A stretch of DNA of 60,169 nucleotides from a bacterium (lineage in GTDB: Bacteria; Verrucomicrobiota; Kiritimatiellia; SPBP01), in contig JBAXMA010000001.1 in assembly GCA_037134535.1 (NCBI GenBank), positions 1 to 60,169 of the forward strand, given 5' to 3'. Numbering within the stretch: the stretch's first letter is position 1; each line of letters begins with the position of its first letter. The notes under the pieces are model-generated. The model ran no database searches and was not told the DNA's origin. It saw nothing but the letters and a program-made list of their open reading frames with translations. The position numbers were made by a program, and so were the translations under genes. This document shows, one piece after another, positions 48,551 through 56,803 of the stretch.

Positions 48551-49590
48551 AAAGGCACACCGCGCCGCCGGTGGGCCGCTGACCTGGCCATGTCCGCCCA
48601 TGGGTTCGGCCTCGTCGCCAGTTTGTAAGCAAGCCGGACCGCATTAACCATGCTGCGGGGACTGGCTATTCCTCTGCCAGCGATATCAAACGCTGTTCCA
48701 TGATCAGGCGAGGTCCGCACAATCGGCAATCCAAGGGTGACATTGACCCCGCTGTCAAACGCCACCGTCTTGAGCGGGCCCAACCCTTGATCATGATACA
48801 TTGCCAGCACGGCACCGTAGTCACCTCTGACTGCCGCATGAAAAACCGTGTCAGCCGGCACCGGACCGACAACTGATAGTCCTTTTCTGCGCAGAGCTTT
48901 TATTGCTGGAACAATCATGCTTTTCTCTTCACTACCCAGCACGCCGCCATCACCGGCGTGCGGATTTAAACCGCATACCGCCAGTGTGGTCTTGCTGGCG
49001 CCAAGCCATGGCAGGGCTTCTCCGGCAAGCTGACCTGCGGCTACAATGCCTTTGATTGACAGTTCACCAGGCACATCTTTGAGGGCAATATGGCGCGTTG
49101 CAAGCACCACCCGCAGACATCCGCCGACAAGCATCATTGCATACCTGCGAGTACCAGTCAGCTCCGCCAGCAATTCTGTGTGTCCAGGCACCTTGATTCC
49201 GGCCCGGTCCAGCCCTTCTTTGCAGATCGGAGCAGTGACCATGCCATCGCAGCAGCCTGCAGTGCAACTCCCTGCCGCCGCCGCCACCCATGCCACAGCC
49301 GCCCGTGCTGCACTCTCCTGCATGGTGCCGGGTTTGTATGTAATGCCCGCGAACGGACCCGGATCCCACACAACCGTCCTCGCAGAAGGAAAAACCGAGC
49401 CGGGAGTCCACTCTGCAGCACAAGGAAGATGAAGCTTTCTAGCTTCTTCGCGAAGAACAGGAGATGAGCCGACAATCACGAATCGCAAACACCGCGGCCA
49501 GGGAAACCGGTATACGGTTTTCAGGACAACTTCAGGGCCTATTCCGCCAATATCACCGAGCGTGAGACAGAGGACAATGGACCTGCTCAT
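48547..49590 (-). CDS. pdxA: 4-hydroxythreonine-4-phosphate dehydrogenase
   Basis: LGDIGGIGPEV, GHTELLA, NPHAGDGG, SPDHGTAFDIAG motifs, 347 aa. Confidence 0.93.
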   Translation of the reverse strand: MSRSIVLCLTLGDIGGIGPEVVLKTVYRFPWPRCLRFVIVGSSPVLREEARKLHLPCAAEWTPGSVFPSARTVVWDPGPFAGITYKPGTMQESAARAAVAWVAAAAGSCTAGCCDGMVTAPICKEGLDRAGIKVPGHTELLAELTGTRRYAMMLVGGCLRVVLATRHIALKDVPGELSIKGIVAAGQLAGEALPWLGASKTTLAVCGLNPHAGDGGVLGSEEKSMIVPAIKALRRKGLSVVGPVPADTVFHAAVRGDYGAVLAMYHDQGLGPLKTVAFDSGVNVTLGLPIVRTSPDHGTAFDIAGRGIASPRSMVNAVRLAYKLATRPNPWADMARSAAHRRRGVPL

Positions 49591-50597
49591 TTCCGAACCA
49601 TTTCAGGTTGAATCAATTTCACATACACTTGCTTGCGCAGTCTCTCCATCCACAGGTTGTAGAGACGAAGCTGCTCTTTCTGCCTCACTTGCCGCTCGAG
49701 CTCACCTCTGGCTTCTGCAAATGAAATTGCCTTCTCTGTGCGGCGGGCCTCAACCTTTATTACAAGGAATGAATCGCCGGCTTCAACAACGGGACTTATT
49801 CCGCCAGCCTTCACGCCCGAAACAACCTTGTCAATTTCTGGTCTCAGGTCACCCGGTCCAACCCAGCCCGGCTCATCAGCTTTTCCGTCCGGACTCGCAT
49901 CCTTCTGCAACGATTCAAAATCCTTACCTGCCACTGCCTGTTTTTGTATCTCTTCCGCCCGCTGCCTCCCGCGCGCAACATCGGCGTCCGTCTCGCCCCT
50001 GGCTATTGCAATGGTGCGCAATTGAGTCGAATAGGCCTCCTTGTACTTATCTCTGTTGGCATCGTACTCACGACGCACCGCCGTTGGTGAAAACAAGACT
50101 TTTGAATCAACTTCATTTCGCTTGAACATCGAGACAAGAATATTGTCGCGGATCTCATTCCTCCAGTCCTGCAGGGCTACATGCTCCGTTGCGAGGGCCT
50201 CAATAAAACCGCTCCGATCACCCTTGAACGAGGATTGGACAATCTCTTCAAGTTGGGCATCTACCATCTTATCAACTGCTTCGGGACCGGGATTCTCATG
50301 AGTTGCCAGAATAATATACCGCTCCACGATGGAGAGCAGCGTCTTACGGTAGACTTCATCTGCCCTCGTCTGGAGTTCCTGTCCACTGTAAGTCTTCGCG
50401 AGCCTGCGATACTCACCAACTGCGCTTCTGGCAACGTCGCTGTAGAGGACATTTCTGTCCCCTACTACTGCTACGACACCATCCACCATGCCGACTTCAC
50501 CCGAACCGGTTCTGCTGCACATAAAAACCGCCAGAGCCATGACAAAGCAGATCAATAATCTGCCTGCTATCCAATGAATATCCGTTCTTTTTTCCAT
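49587..50597 (-). CDS. surA: SurA-like periplasmic chaperone / parvulin-type peptidyl-prolyl isomerase
   Basis: Signal or anchor MEKRTDIHWIAGRLLICFVMALAVFMC. SurA-N-like helical region plus one parvulin domain (...PGWVGPGDLRPEIDKVV...SPVVEAGDSFLVIKVE). The surA-pdxA-rsmA synteny matches E. coli. The track ORF is open to 50681. Confidence 0.7.
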   Translation of the reverse strand: MEKRTDIHWIAGRLLICFVMALAVFMCSRTGSGEVGMVDGVVAVVGDRNVLYSDVARSAVGEYRRLAKTYSGQELQTRADEVYRKTLLSIVERYIILATHENPGPEAVDKMVDAQLEEIVQSSFKGDRSGFIEALATEHVALQDWRNEIRDNILVSMFKRNEVDSKVLFSPTAVRREYDANRDKYKEAYSTQLRTIAIARGETDADVARGRQRAEEIQKQAVAGKDFESLQKDASPDGKADEPGWVGPGDLRPEIDKVVSGVKAGGISPVVEAGDSFLVIKVEARRTEKAISFAEARGELERQVRQKEQLRLYNLWMERLRKQVYVKLIQPEMVRK

Positions 50598-50728
50598 AAG
50601 CCCCGAATATTGCAGAAGAAAAGTGTTTCCGCAACCCAATATATTGCCATTGACTCCCGTAGTATAGAAAGTAGGATTCATTTATCTGTAATAACGCAGT
50701 TCGTATAAGGCGAAAGAGGAAGAAGAGA

Positions 50729-51274
50729 ATGAGTGTACTGAACCGGATAAAGAGTCTATTCACCTTCGCCGGGCCCGCCGAGGGCGGGAAAGATGAGTTC
50801 TCTGCCGCCATTATTGACATCGAATCCCTCACCATTACGGGAGCAAACGGCAGGCAACCGTCTGCGCAGGAGAAGGTCTCCACGTTAAATCGTCTTGCTC
50901 TCTTTCTGGAAAGAGAGAAGCTCAGCTTGACTGCCGTATTGAACGGACCAGCGTTGCGCGTCGCCACAGATGGCGGAAATTTCAGGGGAGTAAGAGTACG
51001 TTATGTGGACAGAAATGATGATGCTGCACGGTTCATCGTAGGACTTTTGCAGCAGAGCCAGCGGGGCGGAACTTCCGTGGTCGTCACCGCTGATCGGCAG
51101 GTGGAACGGGCCGTCCTTGCCATCCAGGGCAAGGTCATGCATCCTTCAACATTCAGAAAAGCACTCGAACCGGTGGAGATTCCCCGCCCGAAACAAAATG
51201 TCAGGAGCGTGCCAGTAGTGAAGCAGGTCGACGAAAACAAGAGAATTGTAAACGAACTAATTGATCCATTGTGA
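50729..51274 (+). CDS. YacP/NYN-domain-like (DUF901) putative RNase
   Basis: 181 aa. GVRVRYVDRNDDAARFIV and TSVVVTADRQVERAVLAIQGKVMHPSTF resemble the two C-terminal YacP motifs (..ADD.I. and VTSD..l). The N-terminal catalytic region matches weakly. Confidence 0.5.
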   Translation: MSVLNRIKSLFTFAGPAEGGKDEFSAAIIDIESLTITGANGRQPSAQEKVSTLNRLALFLEREKLSLTAVLNGPALRVATDGGNFRGVRVRYVDRNDDAARFIVGLLQQSQRGGTSVVVTADRQVERAVLAIQGKVMHPSTFRKALEPVEIPRPKQNVRSVPVVKQVDENKRIVNELIDPL

Positions 51275-51281
51275 GGTAACT

Positions 51282-51707
51282 ATGAAAACATCATACCGAG
51301 TGTTGAGCTGTTTGCCGGTCCGCATAGCCGGCTGGGCCATGCTGTCGGCAGTTTGCGTCTTTGCCGGATGCGAGGTTTCGCCAGTACAGGACTTCTCTGT
51401 ATCAGTATCGCCCCAAAGGGCCGAGATCAGAAAGTACCAGTCTCAGGCCTTTGTGGCGTCCGGTGGCGTCAGATATACGTGGAGCATTAGCAGCACGAAC
51501 ACCGAAAGCGATGCTACTGATCCATGGGGTCTCCTCAGCGCGACTACCGGCGAACAAGTCATCTACACGAGCCTGCGCGCTCCGGAAGCCGGCCAGGACT
51601 TCGTTGTGCGAATTCTCACTGTGACGGCTACACTCGGAACAGAAAATGCCTCAAACGCAACTGCCCGGACGACAAGCACATTTGCCTATATTTATCATGT
51701 GCCATGA
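51282..51707 (+). CDS. small lipoprotein with Ig-like beta domain
   Basis: Lipobox VFAGC after a hydrophobic signal (MKTSYRVLSCLPVRIAGWAMLSAVCVFAGC). GAGG lies upstream of ATG 51282. Confidence 0.6.
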   Translation: MKTSYRVLSCLPVRIAGWAMLSAVCVFAGCEVSPVQDFSVSVSPQRAEIRKYQSQAFVASGGVRYTWSISSTNTESDATDPWGLLSATTGEQVIYTSLRAPEAGQDFVVRILTVTATLGTENASNATARTTSTFAYIYHVP

Positions 51708-51721
51708 TATACGGACGCTAC

Positions 51722-52129
51722 TCATGCAGGCGTGGCGACCGGATTATTGTCGGGCTTGTCCGGCAAAGCAAACTGCTCGCATGAGTCAGTGGCTTCGACC
51801 GGCTTGAAACTCAGACCACAACGCTGTGTGAATGGGTTTATTACGTAGTGCCTGCAATAGTGACAAGTCATGCCCTTCTCGTTTTCCTGAAATACTGAAA
51901 GCTTCCGGTCGGCATCGGATTCATCAAAGATTTTCAATGTCTTCTGCGGTTTGAAAGGGACCCCACTCTCGTCCGGGTATTCGTGGCCGCAGGCAGCACA
52001 CTTGAATGTTTCACCGGTCTTCTTGAGGCCTTCGTACGTGGGTTCTCTTACAATGAGGGTGTCTGCGCCGCAAGCCGAACACAGAATTTCAAGCTGTCGT
52101 GAGGGACTCACATACAACTCCCGAACCAT
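51722..52129 (-). CDS. hypothetical zinc-ribbon protein
   Basis: 135 aa, CSACG-x24-CAACG zinc ribbon, then CHYC...C...C. Starts 8 nt after the upstream ORF stop. Confidence 0.55.
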   Translation of the reverse strand: MVRELYVSPSRQLEILCSACGADTLIVREPTYEGLKKTGETFKCAACGHEYPDESGVPFKPQKTLKIFDESDADRKLSVFQENEKGMTCHYCRHYVINPFTQRCGLSFKPVEATDSCEQFALPDKPDNNPVATPA

Positions 52130-52137
52130 CCCGGCTC

Positions 52138-53421
52138 TTACTGCAGCCCTTCCATGGCGGCATTGGTTGAAGAACCTGTGCTCGGAACGGAGTTGGTAGA
52201 TACAGGCGCTGTCGTCGGATCATCTTCCTTGTACTCGTCAAGTTTGCGCTTGATGTCGTCAATCTTATCCTGCTCTTCCTTCTGCTTATCCTTGCAGTCA
52301 TTAACCAGTTTGGCATTTCGCGCCAGCCGGTTCTCTGAAAGTATTATGGCCCGCTGATGATCACGCTTTGCTGTCTCGTTCGCCAGGATGGCGTCTTTCT
52401 TCTTCTGCAACTCACCAGGATCATCAAAAACCCATTCTCCTATCTGCTTGGCTAGCTCCGGCGTCGTATCATCCGCTATCGATCGTACAGGCTTGGGAGT
52501 TACGTCATACACCAGCGGCACACCGCTCTGCCAGCACACCGGACGCCCAAGATCAACAGGCCACGAGACTCCGACAAAAAACATCTTGCCGTTTTCACCG
52601 TCCTTCTTGCTGTAATTCTTCCCGATAAAAATGTGGACGTCCCAGTCAAGGACGTTGGTGCTGCCGCACGCTAGAACATCGGCTCCAAAATGCACGAGAA
52701 CATCAGTCACGAAAGGGTTACGCTTCTGCACCGTAGCTTGAAATGTCGCATTCTCAGGAATCGGATGCCACACCTTCTGGCCGCGATCAAAGTTCATCGT
52801 AACAAAGGATCCGCTGACCTTGTTTCCGTTTTTGCCTTCAAATCGAATGAATCGGGCTGGATTAGCTGCATCAAGCGCCACCGTTAAATCATCAAAGTCG
52901 GTTGGCCTCATCCGGTTCACGGCAACAAAATTCGTATCGGCGACGTGCAAGGCCATCACCCGGTCGAATTCCGCATCATACTTCAACTGGAGATCACCGA
53001 TTATTTTCTTCGTGAAACCCTCCTTTGCCTTCTGCTCGGCAGCCCTGAACGGACCCTCAATATCAGTCATCACCTGATACGTCGCATCCATTCGGGCCTT
53101 ACGATCGGCAATATCCTGATTTATCTTGTCAGGTTCACGATTGAGTTGTGCTTCTCTCGCCAGGAGTCCCTTGAGATTATCCTCAGCTTCAGACAGGTCA
53201 GCCTGAAGCTGGGCTTCTTCCTTCTTCCTCTTGGCCTTTACCGCCTCAACCTCGGCTTTAACTGCATTTTCGTCCAGAACAGTTGATAGTGGTGCTGGTG
53301 AAGAACTTTCAGGTGAGATCGCGGTATTAGCCGCATTGGTTGCCGCAGCAACAGGGTCCTGGGAGAATGAGCTAACCCCGCTCAAGCTGAGCACCGACAG
53401 GATTGCAAGAACCTTGCGCAT
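52138..53421 (-). CDS. hypothetical secreted protein: coiled coil, globular domain, coiled coil
   Basis: Signal peptide MRKVLAILSVLSLSGVSSFSQD. K/E/A-rich heptad-like segments at both ends. Cys-containing central domain with no family recognised. Confidence 0.6.
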   Translation of the reverse strand: MRKVLAILSVLSLSGVSSFSQDPVAAATNAANTAISPESSSPAPLSTVLDENAVKAEVEAVKAKRKKEEAQLQADLSEAEDNLKGLLAREAQLNREPDKINQDIADRKARMDATYQVMTDIEGPFRAAEQKAKEGFTKKIIGDLQLKYDAEFDRVMALHVADTNFVAVNRMRPTDFDDLTVALDAANPARFIRFEGKNGNKVSGSFVTMNFDRGQKVWHPIPENATFQATVQKRNPFVTDVLVHFGADVLACGSTNVLDWDVHIFIGKNYSKKDGENGKMFFVGVSWPVDLGRPVCWQSGVPLVYDVTPKPVRSIADDTTPELAKQIGEWVFDDPGELQKKKDAILANETAKRDHQRAIILSENRLARNAKLVNDCKDKQKEEQDKIDDIKRKLDEYKEDDPTTAPVSTNSVPSTGSSTNAAMEGLQ

Positions 53422-53501
53422 GATGTTTCCTTATACCTGAACAGATTTACACGGCAATCTTGTACATCCACCCGTCAATGATTGTCAAATTGATATTCAC
53501 T

Positions 53502-55301
53502 CTATTCAAGTACCGCCTTGATTCGTCTCACACCCGAACTGGAGGCGCCTTCTTTCAATATCTTGAATTTTCCGAGTTCGCCTGTATTTGCTACATGGGG
53601 ACCACCACACACTTCCTTTGAAAAAGTGCCGGCGGAATACATCTTCACGCTCTCGCCATACTTTGCCTCAAACAAGGCCGTAGCGCCAGCAGCCCTGGCT
53701 TCATCAAGAGTCATCACCGCCATTTCAACCGGCAGTTTGTCAGCAATGGCTTTATTGACAAGTCGTTCCACTTCAGCCTTCTGCTCATCCGTCATCCGGT
53801 CCGGATGCGAGAAATCGAAACGCAGCCGTTCGGAAGTGATATTGGAGCCCTTCTGCGCGACATGACTTCCGAGCACGATCTGAAGACTGCGGTGAAGCAG
53901 ATGTGTTGCCGTGTGAAGCCTTGTTGTCGCCTCGGAAGTTTCAGCCAGGCCGCCTTTGAATGCCTTGTCCGCACCCTGCTTCGAAACCTCCCTGTGCTTT
54001 GCAAACGCCTCATCGTAGGCAGTCCTGTCGACTGACACGCCCTTCTCACGGCATATTTCCTCTGTAAACTCGAGGGGAAAGCCGCAGGTGTCATACAACC
54101 GAAATGCCACTCTTCCGGAAAGAACTGTCTGGCCATGTGCCGTCAACTGGCTGAGTGTCTTGTTGAGCTCGGCAAGTCCATTCTGGAGAGTCTTCTCGAA
54201 ACGCTCCTCCTCCTTGACCAATTCCTCTTCAATCCTCTGCCTGTTTCGCACAAGCTCCGGATATGCAGACCCAAGGGAATCCACAACCACTCCGGCGATC
54301 CTGGCGGAAAATCCATCAGGAAGCCCGATATTCTTGCCGTACCGCACGGCCCTGCGAATCAACCGCCTCAACACATATCCCTGCCCGAGATTGCCAGGCA
54401 CTACGCCCTGAGCGTCGCCGAGTATGAAAGTGGAACTGCGCATGTGATCGGCAATAACGCGACAGGCTTTCGAATTCTCCGGAGTGCTGCTCAGATCTTT
54501 GCCGCTCATAAGCGCCATGATGTCCATCAGAGGTCTGAACACCTCAGTGTCATAAACATCCTTCTTACCCTGAAGCATCGCGACCGTACGTTCCACGCCC
54601 ATACCTGTATCAACATTATGCTGCTTTAGCTGGCGCACTGAACCATCCGGCAACTTCTCGTATTGCATGAAAACATCGTTCCATATCTCAAAGTATTTCC
54701 CGCAGGAGCAGCCTGGCCGGCAACTGACACCGCACGCCAGCTTCCCGGTATCAATAAACATCTCCGTGTCAGGACCGCACGGCCCCGAGTCATTCGGAAG
54801 TCCCCACCAGTTATCCTTCTCCGGCAGCGCATAAATACGTGAAGACGGAATGCCCAGCTTCTGCCAAACCCGGATGGATTCCTCATCCTTCGGTACCTGG
54901 TCTTTGCCTGCAAACACCGTGACATGCAGCTGGTCGGGACTAAATCCCAGAAATCGCTGGGAAGTCAGGAATTCATGGGACCAGGTTATCGCCTCTTCTT
55001 TGAAGTAGTCACCGAGCGACCAGTTTCCTAGCATTTCAAAAAACGTCAAGTGCATCGCATCGCCGACTTCATCAATATCCCCTGTCCGGATACACTTCTG
55101 GCAATCACACAATCGCTTCCCGGCCGGATGAGGTTCGCCAAGAAGGTATGGCACGAGCGGGTGCATGCCCGCTGTTGTAAAGAGGACGGTCGGATCATTT
55201 TGCGGAACGAGCGAACTGCCCGATATAACCTTGTGTCCCTTGGATTCGAAAAAACCCAGAAACAATTCGCGTAACTGTGCTGCAGTAATGTCTGTTCTCA
55301 T
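53502..55301 (-). CDS. alaS: alanine--tRNA ligase, short form (catalytic, tRNA-recognition and editing domains; no C-Ala domain)
   Basis: MRTDITAAQLRELFLGFFESKGHKVISGSSLVPQNDPTVLFTTAGM. Editing motifs HTATHLLH and CGGPHV. 599 aa, ending about 30 aa after CGGPHV. Confidence 0.9.
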   Translation of the reverse strand: MRTDITAAQLRELFLGFFESKGHKVISGSSLVPQNDPTVLFTTAGMHPLVPYLLGEPHPAGKRLCDCQKCIRTGDIDEVGDAMHLTFFEMLGNWSLGDYFKEEAITWSHEFLTSQRFLGFSPDQLHVTVFAGKDQVPKDEESIRVWQKLGIPSSRIYALPEKDNWWGLPNDSGPCGPDTEMFIDTGKLACGVSCRPGCSCGKYFEIWNDVFMQYEKLPDGSVRQLKQHNVDTGMGVERTVAMLQGKKDVYDTEVFRPLMDIMALMSGKDLSSTPENSKACRVIADHMRSSTFILGDAQGVVPGNLGQGYVLRRLIRRAVRYGKNIGLPDGFSARIAGVVVDSLGSAYPELVRNRQRIEEELVKEEERFEKTLQNGLAELNKTLSQLTAHGQTVLSGRVAFRLYDTCGFPLEFTEEICREKGVSVDRTAYDEAFAKHREVSKQGADKAFKGGLAETSEATTRLHTATHLLHRSLQIVLGSHVAQKGSNITSERLRFDFSHPDRMTDEQKAEVERLVNKAIADKLPVEMAVMTLDEARAAGATALFEAKYGESVKMYSAGTFSKEVCGGPHVANTGELGKFKILKEGASSSGVRRIKAVLE

Positions 55302-55389
55302 GACTGGTAAGGCTCTCTAGTTGGACTACCGGACCCCAAGGCCATCAATCCGCACACGCGGCCACCTTTGAAGTCCGTAGTCTGAAGGT

Positions 55390-56451
55390 TCATTTCTCTT
55401 CATCGGCTACCGGTGCCGCAGCTTCAACTGCGTCTGTTTTTCCAGAAAGTACCTTTTCCTTCACTTTCTCGGCCACACGCTTCAGTAATTCCGGATCTTT
55501 TTCGAGCAGCTCTCTGGCCGCGTCCTGACCCTGACCGATGTGCTGGCCCTCAAACGAAAGCCATGAGCCACGCTTCTCAACGGCTCCGTACTTAATAGCC
55601 GACTCCAGAATAGAACCGGCCCATGAAATACCATTGCCATAGCATTCGAATTCCGCTTCTGTAAATGGCGGTGCCACCTTGTTCTTGACGACTTTCACCC
55701 TGATCCTGGTGCCTATGCCGTGGCCGGCGCTGTCTTTCAATGTGGCTATCCTGCGGACATCAAGACGAACCGAGCTGTAGAATTTCAGGGCGCGCCCACC
55801 AGGTGTGGTTTCCGGATTGCCAAACATGACACCGATCTTTTCACGTATCTGGTTGGTGAAAATGCAAAGGGTCTTCGAGGTTGAGATGCAGCCTGTCAGC
55901 TTCCTCATCGCCTGCGACATCAACCGGGCCTGGAGACCCATGAAAGAATCGCCCATTTCACCGTTCAGCTCCGCGCGCGGCACAAGCGCTGCTACCGAGT
56001 CAACAACTACCACATCGATGGCATTACTGCGGACCAGTGTCTCGACAATTGTCAGAGCCTCCTCACCAGAGGATGGCTGCGAGACCAGAAGATCGTCAAG
56101 TTTTACGCCAATTCTGCTGGCATATGAGGGGTCCATGGCATGTTCGGCATCCACAAACGCCGCATAGCCGCCCGCCCTCTGTGCGCTGGCGATCACATGA
56201 AGCGCAAGAGTGGTCTTCCCGGAACCCTCTGGACCGAACATTTCCACCACCCGGCCGCGCGGCAGTCCGCCAATCCCCAGAGCAAGGTCGAGAGAAAAAG
56301 CGCCGGTTGAAATGAAGGCGACTTCCTTCTTGGCTTCAGCTGCACCCAGTCGCATGATCGCTCCGTCGCCAAAATCTTTTCTGATCTTCGATAATACCGC
56401 TTCAATCTCAGCAGGGCGTCCATCTGTTGTTTCCGGCTTTGCTTTGGCCAT
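55390..56451 (-). CDS. recA: recombinase RecA
   Basis: 353 aa, Walker [24 protein letters not shown]2 region [20 protein letters not shown]. Confidence 0.98.
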   Translation of the reverse strand: MAKAKPETTDGRPAEIEAVLSKIRKDFGDGAIMRLGAAEAKKEVAFISTGAFSLDLALGIGGLPRGRVVEMFGPEGSGKTTLALHVIASAQRAGGYAAFVDAEHAMDPSYASRIGVKLDDLLVSQPSSGEEALTIVETLVRSNAIDVVVVDSVAALVPRAELNGEMGDSFMGLQARLMSQAMRKLTGCISTSKTLCIFTNQIREKIGVMFGNPETTPGGRALKFYSSVRLDVRRIATLKDSAGHGIGTRIRVKVVKNKVAPPFTEAEFECYGNGISWAGSILESAIKYGAVEKRGSWLSFEGQHIGQGQDAARELLEKDPELLKRVAEKVKEKVLSGKTDAVEAAAPVADEEK

Positions 56452-56610
56452 TGTATCTTCCTTCCTGTAACTGTTTTACTGAAAGTTCTTCATACGCCCC
56501 CGACACATGGGACGGAGCACGACATCTACGTTCCTAAAGTATATGAGAACCCATGTTCAGGCAAGCACATCTGCGACAGCATATCTGCGCCCCAATTCGC
56601 ACTCACGCAT

Positions 56611-56639
56611 GCTCCCTGCCGCATTGCGCGGCAGAGAGC
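56611..56639. promoter_or_regulatory. 12-bp imperfect inverted repeat in the recA / ABC-F divergent intergenic region
   Basis: GCTCCCTGCCGC-ATTGC-GCGGCAGAGAGC (one mismatch), with no adjacent T tract on either strand. Confidence 0.3.
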
Positions 56640-56803
56640 ATGGAAACCGCCGAGTTTCTGAAGAGTCCGGTCCTGGCCCGGGATTACGCATTCGAGTATG
56701 AAGGAGCAGACCGCTGATCCTTCTGGACTCGCCGAAACAGGTGAAAATTGCCGAGTAACTTCTCTTCCATCCAGCCCTGCTCCCTGCTATGGTCCGCGGC
56801 TTC

